Source: Neisseriales bacterium (GTDB taxonomy: Bacteria; Pseudomonadota; Gammaproteobacteria; Burkholderiales; Q3-R57-64). From it: a stretch of 64,000 nucleotides of DNA. The position numbers and the translations under genes are program-made. The stretch's first letter is position 1, and each line of letters begins with the position of its first letter. A model generated the notes under the pieces. The model saw only the letters and a list, made by a program, of their open reading frames with translations, was not told the origin of the DNA and did not search any database. The stretch lies in assembly GCA_016699915.1 (NCBI GenBank), contig CP064990.1, forward strand, positions 732,125 to 796,124, given 5' to 3'. Shown here piece after piece: positions 48,877 to 60,350 of the stretch.

Positions 48877-49045
48877 GCTATCACACCTGGACAATCTGCA
48901 GTGATATATGATGGTGCTGTATGTTTAGGTGGTGGTATCATTGCTTGATGTGACGAGCTATTATCCCCCTCACAAAATAATGCAAATTGAGTATAATGGC
49001 TGTTGCATGGTGTTCTTATCATCGCAAAAAAGAAAAGGTGTCATC

Positions 49046-49348
49046 GTGAAACAACAAACAAGTAAGGATTTACTCAGTTATGTGCGGGAATTTTTATCCA
49101 GCACGGAGGACTTGATTGGTGTAGCAAGTCAAGAAGGTGGAGAAAAAGTTCGGCAACTTCATCAACAGGCAAAGGAAAACTTAAAAGTGGCTAAAGCACA
49201 GTTAGTTAAAGCAGAAAAATATCTAGCAAATAAAGCCAGTGATACAGCTCACGCAACTGATGAATTTGTGCATGAATACCCTTGGCAAGCTGTGGGTATT
49301 GCGTCGTTAGTCGGGCTGCTGCTCGGTTTACTTATTTCTCGTCGCTGA
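49046..49348 (+). CDS. DUF883/ElaB-YqjD-family membrane-anchored ribosome-binding protein
   Basis: About 100 aa helical protein ending in the family signature ...EYPWQAVGIASLVGLLLGLLISRR. GTG start chosen 8 nt after AAGGTG; the upstream part of the track ORF overlaps the mnmA tail and is rejected. Confidence 0.75.
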   Translation: MKQQTSKDLLSYVREFLSSTEDLIGVASQEGGEKVRQLHQQAKENLKVAKAQLVKAEKYLANKASDTAHATDEFVHEYPWQAVGIASLVGLLLGLLISRR

Positions 49349-49353
49349 GTATC

Positions 49354-49737
49354 ATGGTAGATGGTTCTTCATCAGGTTCTCGTGGTTCATTGCGAGAACT
49401 GCTGAAAGCGCTGATCGCTTTGATTTTTAACAGGCTAAACTTAGCTGGCATCGAATATAAAGCCTATACGATGGGTCAATTGTTTGGCGTCGTGTGGCTT
49501 GTTTTGGCGTTGTTAGCTTTACAAGTTGCTATTTTGGCGTTGCTGCTTTTAATTGCTTTGATCACACCGCCCTACTTGCGTATTACATTATTTACGCTGA
49601 TTATACTGGTATTTTTTGGTATTTTTGTCGGCGCTATCTTGACATTTAAACGCCATTTAGCTCAGCTTTCACGACCTTTCTCTGCAACACTAAATGAAAT
49701 AAAAAAAGATTGGTCCACTTTTATACATAAACGTTAA
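49354..49737 (+). CDS. YqjE-like (phage-holin-family/DUF1469) inner membrane protein
   Basis: 127 aa with two TM helices after an N-terminal amphipathic segment (..LLKALIALIFNRLNLAGIE..). Follows the YqjD-like gene as in the enterobacterial yqjDEK operon. Confidence 0.7.
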   Translation: MVDGSSSGSRGSLRELLKALIALIFNRLNLAGIEYKAYTMGQLFGVVWLVLALLALQVAILALLLLIALITPPYLRITLFTLIILVFFGIFVGAILTFKRHLAQLSRPFSATLNEIKKDWSTFIHKR

Positions 49738-49738
49738 T

Positions 49739-50032
49739 ATGACTAAAAAACACCTTGATTTGTCGCTTCAAAAAGAACTACTGATCGCACAGGGTGAAGT
49801 ATTGCGCTTAACATGTCAAACCACTCTAGAAAATTACCAAAGCACCCCCACCTTTTTCACAAGCAATGCGTGGCGTTTTTTATGCCAAGGTGCGTTAGGC
49901 GCTTGGTTAGTCATAAAAATCTTATCGCAACCATTACCAAACCGACCCACTAGACAGTTCATCAAGGCTATTTTTCACGCAACCTTTTTATGGCGTATAT
50001 TTAGAAGAATTTGGCAACATCGTACTCCTTAA
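49739..50032 (+). CDS. YqjK-like protein
   Basis: 97 aa; N-terminal ...LQKELLIAQGEVLRL... coiled segment and one hydrophobic segment. Third member of the yqjD-E-K-type triad, 1 nt after the preceding stop. Confidence 0.6.
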   Translation: MTKKHLDLSLQKELLIAQGEVLRLTCQTTLENYQSTPTFFTSNAWRFLCQGALGAWLVIKILSQPLPNRPTRQFIKAIFHATFLWRIFRRIWQHRTP

Positions 50033-50140
50033 GATTAAAAAATCTGGTTACCTATTAATCAATAAGATTATTGACTGATAAGATGCGATGCTGATCGTTT
50101 TCATTCAATAAAATACTCAAGCGCGATTAAACTTTGAATC

Positions 50141-50674
50141 ATGTCTTGCAAAAAAAATTCGGTAGTTAAAATAGCTCCACCATCTAAGCAAGATATAGCT
50201 TTTTTTATGGATGCCGCTTACCAATTAGCCTGCCAAGCTGAAGCGATGGGAGAAGTACCAGTAGGGGCTGTAGTGGTCAAAAATCAACGGATTATCGGGC
50301 AAGGATACAATACACCAATTAGTCGCAACAGCCCTTTTGCACACGCTGAAATAATAGCGCTACAAAATGCGGCAATTTTACTGCATAATTATCGTCTAGT
50401 TGATTGTGACATGTATACCACACTGGAGCCATGTCTGATGTGTGCAGGAGCTATCACACAAGCACGCATAAGACGGCTTATTTTTGGTACCTATGAACCA
50501 AAATGTGGTGTAGCGGGCAGTGTAATAGATATTTTTGCAAACCCTCAATTAAATGTGCACACAAGTGTATTTGGGAACGTAGATACGGCACGCTGCACCA
50601 AGCAACTGGTGCAGTTTTTTCAAAAAAAGCGGAAAATGATCACTAAAGCAGATCCTGCCATTATAGGCTTATAA
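50141..50674 (+). CDS. tadA: tRNA adenosine(34) deaminase TadA
   Basis: CDA-fold zinc motifs HAEIIAL and PCLMCAGA. Confidence 0.92.
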   Translation: MSCKKNSVVKIAPPSKQDIAFFMDAAYQLACQAEAMGEVPVGAVVVKNQRIIGQGYNTPISRNSPFAHAEIIALQNAAILLHNYRLVDCDMYTTLEPCLMCAGAITQARIRRLIFGTYEPKCGVAGSVIDIFANPQLNVHTSVFGNVDTARCTKQLVQFFQKKRKMITKADPAIIGL

Positions 50675-50802
50675 GATGCATTGGGTGCCACGAGGTAGAG
50701 CCTGTGTCACGGAAGATGTTGCGCCCTCGAAAACATCCACTGCTGCGTTAATGGGTACATTAACCACATCAAACTTCATAGGATGTACTGTCACACCAAT
50801 GA

Positions 50803-51207
50803 TTACGCGTCTACAACCGTGTCTTTTTTTGCCTGCTCTACTTCAGCTGGTATCGTTTCCACTAACGATACCAACGCAAGCGGCGCATTATCACCTTGTC
50901 GAAAACCATATTTTAAAATAGACAAGTAACCACCCGCACGATTTTGGAAGCGTGGCCCAAGATCACCGAATAACTTGACTACAATGTCGCGATCCCTTGT
51001 CCGATTAAAAGCCAATCGGCGATTAGCTAAGGAAGCCGTTTTACCCAATGTAATGAGGGGTTCCACAATAGGTCGTAAAGCCTTCGCTTTGGGTAAAGTT
51101 GTCACAATGCGTTCGTGGCGCAACAATGAATTAACGATATTGCGCAACATCGCCAATCGATGTCCAGTTGGACGATTAAACTTACGATTACCAAAACAGT
51201 GCCGCAT
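50803..51207 (-). CDS. rplQ: 50S ribosomal protein L17
   Basis: [23 protein letters not shown]...; last gene of the alpha operon. Confidence 0.95.
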   Translation of the reverse strand: MRHCFGNRKFNRPTGHRLAMLRNIVNSLLRHERIVTTLPKAKALRPIVEPLITLGKTASLANRRLAFNRTRDRDIVVKLFGDLGPRFQNRAGGYLSILKYGFRQGDNAPLALVSLVETIPAEVEQAKKDTVVDA

Positions 51208-51244
51208 AATTCCCTCTTATCACAAGTTGCAAAAGCTATTGCGT

Positions 51245-52228
51245 TTAAAGTTTCTCGAAAGCAGCTGGTGGCCAGTTCTCCAACACCATACCTAATACCA
51301 AGCCCTTTGCAGTCAAAGCAGCTTTAATTTCATCCAAAGACTTTCTACCTAAATTCGGTGTCTTAAGCAAATCAGCATCGGTACGCTGCACCAGTTCGCC
51401 AATATAGTAAATATTCTGCGTTTTCAGACAATTTGCCGAACGCACTGTCAATTCCAAATCATCCACTGAACTAAGGAAAATTGGATCGACCTGTGGTACT
51501 TGCTCAACCGTTTCCTCCACCACTGTGCTTTGCAAATCAGCAAAAATAGAAAGTTGATCAATCAGAATTTTAGCAGCAACACGCACCGCTTCTTCGGCAT
51601 CAATAGCTCCATTAGTCTCGATATCTAATATCAAGCAATCCAAATCGGTGCGCTGTTCTACACGAGCCGATTCTACATTGAAACTCACGCGTCTAATAGG
51701 CGAAAATGAAGCGTCGATGTGAATCACACCGATGGCATGGCTATCTTCGCGATTCAGGCGCGTTGTCACTGGTTGGTAACCTCTGCCGCTTTCTACCTTA
51801 AACTCCATATTAATTTTACCACCCGACGCAAGATGACAAATCACATGATCAGGATGAATCGCCTCAACATCGTGAGGTAGGATAACATCACGCACACAAA
51901 CTGCACCCTCACCAGATTTAGCCAACTGCAGCATGACGCTGTCACGTCCATGTAAACGAAAGACTGCACCCTTAAGGTTCAGCAAAATATCCACTACATC
52001 TTCTTGCACCCCATCCAATGTTGAATACTCGTGAAGCACACCTTCAATAGTCACTTCCGTTGGTGCAAAACCAGGCATAGAAGATAATAAGATACGCCGC
52101 AAAGCATTACCCAGCGTGTGCGCATAGCCTCTTTCGAATGGTTCCATGACCACCCGTGCTTGAGTAGGCGAAATGGGTTTGACATCAACAGATCGGGGTT
52201 TTAAAAATTCCAGCGGACTATTTGGCAT
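51245..52228 (-). CDS. rpoA: DNA-directed RNA polymerase subunit alpha
   Basis: 327 aa, ...[23 protein letters not shown]...; C-terminal-domain (CTD) motif ..[12 protein letters not shown].... Confidence 0.97.
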   Translation of the reverse strand: MPNSPLEFLKPRSVDVKPISPTQARVVMEPFERGYAHTLGNALRRILLSSMPGFAPTEVTIEGVLHEYSTLDGVQEDVVDILLNLKGAVFRLHGRDSVMLQLAKSGEGAVCVRDVILPHDVEAIHPDHVICHLASGGKINMEFKVESGRGYQPVTTRLNREDSHAIGVIHIDASFSPIRRVSFNVESARVEQRTDLDCLILDIETNGAIDAEEAVRVAAKILIDQLSIFADLQSTVVEETVEQVPQVDPIFLSSVDDLELTVRSANCLKTQNIYYIGELVQRTDADLLKTPNLGRKSLDEIKAALTAKGLVLGMVLENWPPAAFEKL

Positions 52229-52250
52229 AATGCTTTCCTTGGCCTAATGC

Positions 52251-52871
52251 TTATTTAGAGTAAAACTCAACCACAAGCTGTTCATTGATATCGCTTGATA
52301 AATCAGCACGCTCCGGCAGACTTTTGAGTATACCTTCCATTTTTGTCTCATCAACTTCCACCCAGGCTGACACACCAGACTGGGCATTAAGCGATAAAGC
52401 TTCTTGAATACGCGTCTGTTTCTTAGCTTTTTCACGTACTGCAATAACATCCCCTAATTGCACAGCATAGGAGGGAATATTCACAACCTTGCCATTTACA
52501 GCAATAGCACAGTGGCTGACTAATTGACGGGATTCCGCACGCGTTGACCCAAAACCCATCCGATAGACTACGTTATCCAAACGCGTCTCTAGCAACTGTA
52601 ATAAATTCTCGCCCGTTGATCCCTTACGACGCATCGCTTCGGCAAAATACCGCCTAAATTGACGCTCAAGTACACTATAAAGACGACGAATTTTTTGTTT
52701 TTCTCGAAGCTGTGTGCCGTAATCTGACAAACGCGCATGTGCCTTGCCATGCTGTCCAGGTACACTGTCAATTTTACATTTTGATTCAATGGAACGCCGG
52801 GCACTCTTCAAAAATAAATCCGTTCCTTCTCTGCGAGACAGTTTACACTTTGGACCAATATAGCGCGCCAT
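52251..52871 (-). CDS. rpsD: 30S ribosomal protein S4
   Basis: Start trimmed to [23 protein letters not shown].... Confidence 0.95.
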   Translation of the reverse strand: MARYIGPKCKLSRREGTDLFLKSARRSIESKCKIDSVPGQHGKAHARLSDYGTQLREKQKIRRLYSVLERQFRRYFAEAMRRKGSTGENLLQLLETRLDNVVYRMGFGSTRAESRQLVSHCAIAVNGKVVNIPSYAVQLGDVIAVREKAKKQTRIQEALSLNAQSGVSAWVEVDETKMEGILKSLPERADLSSDINEQLVVEFYSK

Positions 52872-52887
52872 AGCAATGCTCTCCAAA

Positions 52888-53283
52888 TTAAATTCGACGT
52901 TTCTTAGGCGGACGACAGCCATTATGCGGGACAGGAGTTATATCAGAAATACTGATAATTTTAAATCCCAATGCATTAAGTGAACGAACCGAAGAGTCGC
53001 GACCCGGCCCCGGTCCTTTGATGTATACATCAAGATTTTTGACACCATATTCTTGCGCTAATTTACCAGCCTGCTCAGCAGCAACCTGTGCAGCAAAGGG
53101 TGTGCTCTTGCGTGATCCTTTAAATCCGGCACCTCCTGCTGTTGCCCAAGCCAAGGTATTCCCCTGTCTATCGGCAATGGTAATGATGGTATTGTTAAAT
53201 GAAGCATGTACATAGGCAACTGCTTCACTAACATTTCTGCGTACTCGCTTACGAGTACGAACCGCCGTATTTGCTTTAACCAT
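52888..53283 (-). CDS. rpsK: 30S ribosomal protein S11
   Basis: ...[22 protein letters not shown]...[14 protein letters not shown].... Confidence 0.95.
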   Translation of the reverse strand: MVKANTAVRTRKRVRRNVSEAVAYVHASFNNTIITIADRQGNTLAWATAGGAGFKGSRKSTPFAAQVAAEQAGKLAQEYGVKNLDVYIKGPGPGRDSSVRSLNALGFKIISISDITPVPHNGCRPPKKRRI

Positions 53284-53302
53284 TTATGCGTTAATCCCTA
53301 AG

Positions 53303-53665
53303 TTACTTTTTGCTAGCTGTTTTGTGGATAGGACCCTTGCAGGTTCGAGCATTCGTACGCGTACGCTGACCACGACAAGGCAATCCGCGACGATGGCGTA
53401 CACCACGATAGCTACCGATATCAATCAGCCGCTTGATATTCATCGCCACTTCGCGACGTAAATCTCCTTCAACGGTATGCTTTGTTACTTGATCACGCAA
53501 TGCATCCATCTCAGCATCTGTTAAATCCTTTACTTTAGTTGCAGGATTAACATTCACTGCGTTACAAACAGTGCGCGCCAAAGAAGCACCGATGCCAAAG
53601 ATAGCCTGCAAACCAATCACTACATGAGCATGATTAGGTATGTTAATGCCAGCAATACGAGCCAT
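53303..53665 (-). CDS. rpsM: 30S ribosomal protein S13
   Basis: [26 protein letters not shown].... Confidence 0.95.
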   Translation of the reverse strand: MARIAGINIPNHAHVVIGLQAIFGIGASLARTVCNAVNVNPATKVKDLTDAEMDALRDQVTKHTVEGDLRREVAMNIKRLIDIGSYRGVRHRRGLPCRGQRTRTNARTCKGPIHKTASKK

Positions 53666-53725
53666 GTATCAATTCCCCAAACCTTCAGTTGATCATCACC
53701 ACAAAGTATCTATTGAAAATATGCA

Positions 53726-53839
53726 CTATCCCTGCCTTTGCTTATGCCTAGGATTAGTACAGATTACACGAACAACCCGAAGACGTCGTACAATCTTGCA
53801 GTGACGACATATTTTTTTAACTGAAGGTTGAACACGCAT
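53726..53839 (-). CDS. rpmJ: 50S ribosomal protein L36 (zinc-ribbon type)
   Basis: Not in the ORF track; 37 codons on the minus strand: [37 protein letters not shown]. Expected position between infA and rpsM. Confidence 0.88.
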   Translation of the reverse strand: MRVQPSVKKICRHCKIVRRLRVVRVICTNPRHKQRQG

Positions 53840-53869
53840 TTTTTTATCTCCATCTATCCTAATATTGCA

Positions 53870-54088
53870 TTATTTAGCACGAAATATGATTCTCGCTTTA
53901 CTTAAATCATAAGGCGTTAACTCTACCGTTACCTTGTCGCCAGGCAAGATACGAATATAATGCATTCTAATCTTGCCAGAAATATGACCAAGTACTACAT
54001 GATCATTTTCAAGTTTAACCCGAAACATCGCATTGGGCAGCGTTTCTAGTACCTCACCTTGCATCTGAATCGTATCTTCTTTTGCCAT
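53870..54088 (-). CDS. infA: Translation initiation factor IF-1
   Basis: Start trimmed to [40 protein letters not shown]... Confidence 0.94.
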   Translation of the reverse strand: MAKEDTIQMQGEVLETLPNAMFRVKLENDHVVLGHISGKIRMHYIRILPGDKVTVELTPYDLSKARIIFRAK

Positions 54089-54109
54089 ATAATTACGATC
54101 AATATTCAA

Positions 54110-55423
54110 CTAACGAGATGAAACGCCCATCTTAAAATTGGCTTTTTTTAGTAAACTTTCATACTGATGCGAAAACATATATGATTGAATCTGGGACTTA
54201 AAGTCCATCGCAACCACAACTATGATTAATAGGGATGTGCCTCCGAAAGTAAACGGCAAACTCCACTTCAAACGTAGAAATTCTGGCAATAAACAAATAG
54301 CAGTAACATAAACTGAGCCGATTAAGGTCAAACGCAGCAAAACATTTTCCAAATATCGGGATGTTTGTTCACCAGGTCGAATGCCTGGCACAAAAGCATC
54401 GCTTTTTTTAAGGTTATCCGCCATTTCTTTCGGACTAAAGACCAAGGCTGTATAAAAATAGCAAAAAAAGACAATAGCTGCCGCATAGATCAGCACATAA
54501 GGGAGTTGCCCTGGATACAAAATATGGCTAAACCGCTTTAATGCGCTATCCGTAGGTAGTGAACCGCCAAACCACTCCATCATCGTCATCGGAAACAAAA
54601 TGATGCTAGAAGCGAAAATAGGCGGAATAACACCTGACATATTAATCTTCAGCGCTATGTGTGTGCTTTGACCTTGCATCACTCGATTACCAATCTGTCG
54701 CTTGGCATAATTGACTAACACCTTGCGTTGTGCACTTTCAAAAAATACAACAAGATAGGTAACAGATATCACGATAAGAAACAACAACATCGCAATGAGT
54801 GGATTTAAACCCATACCCACTAACGACAAAGTTTGAAGCATTGCAGGAGGCACGCCTGATGCAATACCCGCACAAATGATCAGTGAAATCCCGTTCCCCA
54901 AACCGCGCTCCGTAATCTGTTCGCCTAACCACATTAGAAACATCGTACCTGTCACTAGGCATACCACAGTCGTTACATAAAACTCCCATTTAGGCATCAC
55001 AACAAAACCCGGTTGCTTAAAAAGCGCTATCGCAATAGCAAAGCTTTGTAAGCTCGCAAGAAACACTGTGCCATAACGCGTGTATTGGGTAATTTTTCGG
55101 CGACCGGCCTCTCCTTCTTTTTTAAGTTGCTTAAGGTTGGGTACCATTTCAGCAACCAATTGCATCACGATAGAAGCTGAGATATAAGGCATAATACCGA
55201 TTGCAAAAATAGAGGATCGCGAAATCGCTCCACCTGAAAACATATTGAGCATTTCAAAAATACCGGATTGTTGAAGCTTTAGCCAACTCGCAACAGCCAT
55301 CGGATCAATCCCAGGCACAGGAATATGTGCGCCGATACGATAAACGACTAAAGCACCAATCAGAAATAGTAACCGATGGCGTAAATCTTGGTATTTGTCT
55401 GTCCCTGTTGCAACATTAACCAC
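54110..55423 (-). CDS. secY: Preprotein translocase subunit SecY
   Basis: 437 aa, 10-TM protein, ..[27 protein letters not shown]..; end of the spc operon. Confidence 0.96.
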   Translation of the reverse strand: MVNVATGTDKYQDLRHRLLFLIGALVVYRIGAHIPVPGIDPMAVASWLKLQQSGIFEMLNMFSGGAISRSSIFAIGIMPYISASIVMQLVAEMVPNLKQLKKEGEAGRRKITQYTRYGTVFLASLQSFAIAIALFKQPGFVVMPKWEFYVTTVVCLVTGTMFLMWLGEQITERGLGNGISLIICAGIASGVPPAMLQTLSLVGMGLNPLIAMLLFLIVISVTYLVVFFESAQRKVLVNYAKRQIGNRVMQGQSTHIALKINMSGVIPPIFASSIILFPMTMMEWFGGSLPTDSALKRFSHILYPGQLPYVLIYAAAIVFFCYFYTALVFSPKEMADNLKKSDAFVPGIRPGEQTSRYLENVLLRLTLIGSVYVTAICLLPEFLRLKWSLPFTFGGTSLLIIVVVAMDFKSQIQSYMFSHQYESLLKKANFKMGVSSR

Positions 55424-55434
55424 GCTGAATCATC

Positions 55435-55875
55435 CTATTCTGTTACAGTACCACCTGCAGCCTCAATTGCTGCACGTGCACCAGCTGACACCAACACTCC
55501 TCGTAAAGTAAGCGCGCGCGTTATTTTACACGATAAGATCACTTTAGCACGCTCAGCAAACATTGGAATAATGCCGCAGCGTTTCAAGATTAATAAATCA
55601 ACTGTATTTTCATCAGCTGCAATACGATCTAAGGCGGCTAAACTTACTTCCACAGTCTTATAACCAAATAGTGATTTAAAACCTCTTTTGGGTAAACGAC
55701 GCTGTAAGGGCATCTGACCTCCCTCAAAACCAACTTTATGAAATCCACCAGCACGACTTTTTTGGCCCTTATGACCACGACCACAAGTCTTGCCTAGACC
55801 ACTACCCATGCCACGACCAACGCGTCGTTTTGCGTGTTTGGCTTGATTATTAGATCGCACTGTATTCAAAAACAT
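55435..55875 (-). CDS. rplO: 50S ribosomal protein L15
   Basis: ...[28 protein letters not shown]...; start trimmed to MFLNTV. Confidence 0.93.
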   Translation of the reverse strand: MFLNTVRSNNQAKHAKRRVGRGMGSGLGKTCGRGHKGQKSRAGGFHKVGFEGGQMPLQRRLPKRGFKSLFGYKTVEVSLAALDRIAADENTVDLLILKRCGIIPMFAERAKVILSCKITRALTLRGVLVSAGARAAIEAAGGTVTE

Positions 55876-55876
55876 C

Positions 55877-56062
55877 TTAACCCTCACTCTTGAGAAGATA
55901 GCTCACTTTTTTAATCAGACCACGATTTTCAGGAGAATCCAACACATCCACCGTATGATGCAATCGACGCAATCCTAAACATCTTACACATGCTCGATGT
56001 GATTGCATGCGCCCAATCAAACTCTTCACCAATGTTACCTTAATTGTCTTTTTTTTAGGCAC
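55877..56062 (-). CDS. rpmD: 50S ribosomal protein L30
   Basis: 61 aa, ..[12 protein letters not shown]...H.ACVR.LGLRR.... Confidence 0.92.
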   Translation of the reverse strand: MPKKKTIKVTLVKSLIGRMQSHRACVRCLGLRRLHHTVDVLDSPENRGLIKKVSYLLKSEG

Positions 56063-56573
56063 GCTCTTCCCCCAACATGGCTGGCACTGTTAAACCACGC
56101 TTTGAAGCTACCTGAGCAGGTGTATATATCTTACTTAGTGCATTGAGGGTTGCCCTGACGATATTATACGGGTTAGTAGAGCCATGCACTTTTGCAGAAA
56201 TATTACGCACCCCCATAGCATCACAAACAATTCGCATTGGTCCGCCAGCTTTAATCCCGCTTCCACCCTTCGCTGGCTGCATCATCACAGCCGTTGCGCC
56301 ATGCTTACCAATCACCGCATGATAAAGCGTGCCGTGATTCAATGGTATTTTCAACATATTGCGCCTAGCTTGCTCCATCGCTTTTTGTGCCGCTACAGGC
56401 ACCTCTTTAGCCTTGCCTTTACCCATACCGATACTACCATTGCCATTACCCACCACAGCAAGCACAGAAAAAGCCATAATACGACCGCCCTTAACCACTT
56501 TGGTTACGCGATTCACGCTGACCATTTTCTCAATCAATCCATCGCCTCTTCTCTCTGTTTCATGCTTTGCCAT
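56055..56573 (-). CDS. rpsE: 30S ribosomal protein S5
   Basis: ...[47 protein letters not shown].... Confidence 0.95.
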   Translation of the reverse strand: MAKHETERRGDGLIEKMVSVNRVTKVVKGGRIMAFSVLAVVGNGNGSIGMGKGKAKEVPVAAQKAMEQARRNMLKIPLNHGTLYHAVIGKHGATAVMMQPAKGGSGIKAGGPMRIVCDAMGVRNISAKVHGSTNPYNIVRATLNALSKIYTPAQVASKRGLTVPAMLGEERA

Positions 56574-56587
56574 ACTAAAAGTCCTGG

Positions 56588-56941
56588 TTAAAATAACATG
56601 CCATGTTCACGAGCAGCCTCAGCTAATGCTTTAACGCGGCCGTGATACAAAAAACCTGAGCGATCAAATGCTACTTTCATAACGCCAGCAGACTGTGCTT
56701 TTTGTGCAATGCGTTGACCAATTAACGCTGCAGCAGATACCGTGTGACCAAACTTCATCTGTGCACGCACTGATTTTTCCAGTGTTGAAGCGCTAGCCAG
56801 TACATGTCCATCCTGCTCGCTAAAAATTTGCACATAAATATGTGAATTTGTCCGATGTACAGACATTCTAGCTATATGACAACGTGCTATCTTTAATCGC
56901 GCTTTTCTCGCACGACGCAACCTTGCAGATTTCTTATCCAT
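56588..56941 (-). CDS. rplR: 50S ribosomal protein L18
   Basis: ...[15 protein letters not shown]...[28 protein letters not shown]. Confidence 0.95.
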   Translation of the reverse strand: MDKKSARLRRARKARLKIARCHIARMSVHRTNSHIYVQIFSEQDGHVLASASTLEKSVRAQMKFGHTVSAAALIGQRIAQKAQSAGVMKVAFDRSGFLYHGRVKALAEAAREHGMLF

Positions 56942-56957
56942 ACTAGTCTAGTTTAAC

Positions 56958-57491
56958 CTATTTCTTTTTAGTTTCTTTTAAAACGATCTTCTCGTCTGCA
57001 TAACGTACGCCTTTCCCTTTATAAGGCTCTGGTGGCCGGTATGCACGTATTTTGGCAGCCACTTGACCAACTTGCTGTTTGCTAGCACCTTTGATCGTAA
57101 TCTCAGTTTGAGAAGGTGTCGCAACAGACACGCCATGAGGTACCAAATAGGTAATGGGATGCGAAAAACCCAACGCCAAATTTAACGTATCACCTTGTAT
57201 TTGTGCTCGATATCCAACGCCCACAAGCTGCAATTTCTTTTCAAAACCCTGCGTGACACCAATAATCATATTTTGCAGTAAAGCACGTGTTGTACCAGAC
57301 ATAGCATGCGCAAATTGGCTGCTATCCTTCGGAGAACACATTAATTCGTTAGCCTCCTGCGTGACTTGAACCTCATCACGCAAAGTCATCTGCAAAAATT
57401 GTGTGGCATGCTTGACAGTCGCTTTTACCCCCGTAATACATACCTCCACACCATCTGGTATCACAATAGGATTTTTAGCAATGCGCGACAT
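56958..57491 (-). CDS. rplF: 50S ribosomal protein L6
   Basis: MSRIAKNPIVIPDGVEV...YRPPEPYKGKGVRYADE.... Confidence 0.95.
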   Translation of the reverse strand: MSRIAKNPIVIPDGVEVCITGVKATVKHATQFLQMTLRDEVQVTQEANELMCSPKDSSQFAHAMSGTTRALLQNMIIGVTQGFEKKLQLVGVGYRAQIQGDTLNLALGFSHPITYLVPHGVSVATPSQTEITIKGASKQQVGQVAAKIRAYRPPEPYKGKGVRYADEKIVLKETKKK

Positions 57492-57502
57492 TCACGATCT
57501 CC

Positions 57503-57898
57503 CTAGGCTACTATGCAAAGTAGTTCTCCACCAATCCCTTTTTGGCGAGCAACCCGATCGGCCATCACTCCATCGGAGGTTGAAACAACCGCAATACCTA
57601 AGCCATTCATGACCTTTGGTAAATCAGCAGCTCCCTTATAAACACGTAGTCCTGGGCGCGATACACGATCAATACTCGCAATCACTGGCTGACCAGCATG
57701 ATATTTTAGTTGCACAGTCAACTGCCTTTTGTTTTGCTGTTCAGTCACAACAAAATCTTCAATATAACCCTCGTCTTTCAGCACCTGTGCAACAGCTCGT
57801 TTTATTTTTGAGCTCGGCATCTCAACAGATTGTCTTGCTGCAGACTGCGCATTACGAATGCGCGTTAACATGTCCGCAATCGGATCTTGCATACTCAA
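57503..57898 (-). CDS. rpsH: 30S ribosomal protein S8
   Basis: [20 protein letters not shown].... Confidence 0.95.
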   Translation of the reverse strand: MSMQDPIADMLTRIRNAQSAARQSVEMPSSKIKRAVAQVLKDEGYIEDFVVTEQQNKRQLTVQLKYHAGQPVIASIDRVSRPGLRVYKGAADLPKVMNGLGIAVVSTSDGVMADRVARQKGIGGELLCIVA

Positions 57899-57911
57899 AA
57901 TTTTTCTCCTA

Positions 57912-58217
57912 TTACCAGCTAGCTTTAACTACACCGGGTATTTCGCCACGCATCGCAATCTCTCGTATTTTAGTTCTCCCTAAACCAAACTTACGAAATA
58001 CACCGCGCGGACGGCCTGTAATCGCGCACCGCCTACGTTGTCTGACAGGACTCGCATTACGGGGCAGCGCCTGTAATGCTAGACGCGCCGCAAAGCGTTC
58101 TTCCAAAGACAACGAAACATCTCGAATGACTTTCTGTAATTGCGCACGCTTTGCTGCATATTTTGCAACCGTCCTAGTGCGTTTCAATTCTCGGTTAACA
58201 AGCGCTAATTTCGCCAT
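57912..58217 (-). CDS. rpsN: 30S ribosomal protein S14 (long, non-zinc form)
   Basis: 101 aa, [13 protein letters not shown]...[35 protein letters not shown]. Confidence 0.95.
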   Translation of the reverse strand: MAKLALVNRELKRTRTVAKYAAKRAQLQKVIRDVSLSLEERFAARLALQALPRNASPVRQRRRCAITGRPRGVFRKFGLGRTKIREIAMRGEIPGVVKASW

Positions 58218-58226
58218 GAATATCTC

Positions 58227-58766
58227 TTAACCTTTCAACGGAAAATTAAACAGCGATAACAAAGCTTTAGCCTCTTCGTTAGATTTTGCTGTTGTAACAA
58301 TCGTAATATTCATCCCTCTTAATACATCCACTTTGTCATAATCAATCTCAGGAAAAATGATCTGTTCGCTAATACCCATATTGTAATTGCCCCGTCCATC
58401 AAATCCACGTAATGATAAACCACGAAAATCTCGCATACGGGGTAAAGCAATCGTAATAAGGCGATCTAAAAATTCATACATGCGTTGCTTGCGTAAAGTA
58501 ACCTTGCACCCAATAGGGTAGCCATCTCGAATTTTAAATGCTGCAATGGACTTACGTGCCACTGTAACGATGGGTTTTTGACCAGATATGCTTTGCAAAT
58601 CACCTACCGCACGTTCAATAATTTTTTTATCGGTAACCGCTTTACCGACTCCCATATTTAAAACAATTTTCTCTAATCTAGGCACTTCCATCACCGATTG
58701 ATACGCAAACTGTGCCTGCAATGTTGGCAAAATAGTTTTGATATATAACTCTTTCAAGCGTACCAT
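58227..58766 (-). CDS. rplE: 50S ribosomal protein L5
   Basis: Start trimmed to [17 protein letters not shown]...; ..IVLNMGVG... Confidence 0.94.
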   Translation of the reverse strand: MVRLKELYIKTILPTLQAQFAYQSVMEVPRLEKIVLNMGVGKAVTDKKIIERAVGDLQSISGQKPIVTVARKSIAAFKIRDGYPIGCKVTLRKQRMYEFLDRLITIALPRMRDFRGLSLRGFDGRGNYNMGISEQIIFPEIDYDKVDVLRGMNITIVTTAKSNEEAKALLSLFNFPLKG

Positions 58767-58779
58767 GTTGTATAACCCT

Positions 58780-59097
58780 TTATGCACCAATAAATTCGCC
58801 GTTCGACTTAAAAATACGAACTTTTTTCTCGTCCGACCCAGTCAATTTAAAGCCAACTCGATCTGCTTTTTTTGTTATAGGATTGAAAATTGCGATATTA
58901 GAAATATGAATAGGCATACTCTTTTCAACAATCCCACCTGTTATACCTTTCGAAGGGTTTGGCTTTTGATGTTTTTTTACCCGATTAATTCCTTCTACAA
59001 TTAACCGATCACCCGCTAATTTTTGTACAACACCGCGCCGACCTTTATCACGACCGCAAATAACGATTACTTCATCATTTTTTTTAATTTTCCGCAT
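58780..59097 (-). CDS. rplX: 50S ribosomal protein L24
   Basis: Start trimmed to [22 protein letters not shown]..., a KOW motif. Confidence 0.94.
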   Translation of the reverse strand: MRKIKKNDEVIVICGRDKGRRGVVQKLAGDRLIVEGINRVKKHQKPNPSKGITGGIVEKSMPIHISNIAIFNPITKKADRVGFKLTGSDEKKVRIFKSNGEFIGA

Positions 59098-59110
59098 AAC
59101 CATCTTTCCT

Positions 59111-59479
59111 TTACAATACTTCCGGCGCAAGAGACACAATCTTCATGAAGCGCTCCGTGCGTAACTCTCTCGTAACAGGACCAAAAATACGCGAACCTAC
59201 AGGCTCTAACTTACTATTTAGCAGCACAGCCGCGTTATTATCAAACTTAATGAGCGATCCATCTGGACGCCTTACACCTTTTGCTGTACGCACCACCACA
59301 GCATTATAAATCTCTCCTTTTTTAACGCGACCATGGGGCGCTGCTTCTTTAACGCTAACTTTTATAATATCACCCACTGATGCATAGCGACGCTTTGAAC
59401 CACCGAGCACCTTGATGCACATTACCGCCTTAGCACCTGTATTATCCGCCACATTTAGCACTGTTTGCATCTGGATCAT
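59111..59479 (-). CDS. rplN: 50S ribosomal protein L14
   Basis: [33 protein letters not shown].... Confidence 0.96.
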   Translation of the reverse strand: MIQMQTVLNVADNTGAKAVMCIKVLGGSKRRYASVGDIIKVSVKEAAPHGRVKKGEIYNAVVVRTAKGVRRPDGSLIKFDNNAAVLLNSKLEPVGSRIFGPVTRELRTERFMKIVSLAPEVL

Positions 59480-59485
59480 CGTTAT

Positions 59486-59743
59486 CTACCTTGCCTTCTC
59501 AATTAAGCTATCCACTATCCACGCTTTTGTTTTAGAAAATGGTTTGGATTCGCGGATAATCACCAAGTCCCCCTCATGAAAAGCATTGTTTTCATCATGT
59601 ACATGAAACTTCTTAGAACGTCTGATCACCTTATCATACACAGGATGTTTAACCTTGCGTTCAACCAAAACAGTGATCGTTTTATGCATTTTATCACTGA
59701 CAACTTGACCAGCAAGTGTGCGCTGCCTCTTAGCTTCGCTCAT
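59486..59743 (-). CDS. rpsQ: 30S ribosomal protein S17
   Basis: ...[31 protein letters not shown]...; start trimmed to MSEAKRQ. Confidence 0.93.
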   Translation of the reverse strand: MSEAKRQRTLAGQVVSDKMHKTITVLVERKVKHPVYDKVIRRSKKFHVHDENNAFHEGDLVIIRESKPFSKTKAWIVDSLIEKAR

Positions 59744-59933
59744 TTTTAGCAACCTTTTGTCCTAAAATTGTGCGTATCCTCGCAATATCCCGACGCACTT
59801 TTTTAATTTCGCTATTCTTGGTTAATTGTTGCGTTGCACGCTGCATACGCAGTGAAAATTGTGCCTTTAACAGCGTAACCAACTCGGCACGAAGTTCTTG
59901 TTCAGTTTTAGCAGCCAGTTCGGTACCTTTCAT
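59730..59933 (-). CDS. rpmC: 50S ribosomal protein L29
   Basis: 67 aa, ..[24 protein letters not shown].....[10 protein letters not shown]... Confidence 0.92.
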   Translation of the reverse strand: MKGTELAAKTEQELRAELVTLLKAQFSLRMQRATQQLTKNSEIKKVRRDIARIRTILGQKVAKNERS

Positions 59934-60350
59934 CTACTGCCCCATCTGTCTTATTACAAAAGTTGTACCAAGAGGTAATTTTGCTGCAGCTAAACGAAAT
60001 GCTTCACGTGCCAACGTTTCATCTACCCCATCCATCTCGTACAATACTTTACCAGGTTGAACAACGGCAACAAAAAATTCGGTAGAACCCTTTCCATTGC
60101 CCATCCGCACTTCTGCCGGTTTAGATGAAATTGGCTTATCAGGAAAAACACGTATCCACACACGCCCGCCCCGCTTAATATATCGTGTCATAGCACGACG
60201 TGCGGCCTCAATTTGACGTGCTGTCAAACGACCTCGCTCAACAGCCTTAAGGCCATATTCTCCAAAATTAACCTTATTACCTCGCACCGCAATACCTGTA
60301 TTGCGACCCTTTTGTTGCTTCCGATATTTCATTTTAGCCGGCTGCAACAT
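59934..60350 (-). CDS. rplP: 50S ribosomal protein L16
   Basis: [18 protein letters not shown]......V.FGEYGLKA.... Confidence 0.95.
   Translation of the reverse strand: MLQPAKMKYRKQQKGRNTGIAVRGNKVNFGEYGLKAVERGRLTARQIEAARRAMTRYIKRGGRVWIRVFPDKPISSKPAEVRMGNGKGSTEFFVAVVQPGKVLYEMDGVDETLAREAFRLAAAKLPLGTTFVIRQMGQ

Noticed and set aside
48929-49045. The N-terminal 39 residues of the track ORF 48929-49348 (MVVSLLDVTSYYPPHKIMQIEYNG...).
   Set aside because: This part overlaps the conserved, frame-continuing tail of mnmA (to 48948) and has no family similarity. The DUF883/YqjD-like domain begins at the GTG at 49046, so the start was trimmed.
55388-58230. Long + strand ORFs inside the ribosomal operons (for example 57616-58230 at 204 aa, 56184-56591 at 135 aa, 55388-55663).
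   Set aside because: They are antisense shadows of highly conserved minus-strand ribosomal protein genes, with Ser/Ala/Cys/His-rich nonsense translations.
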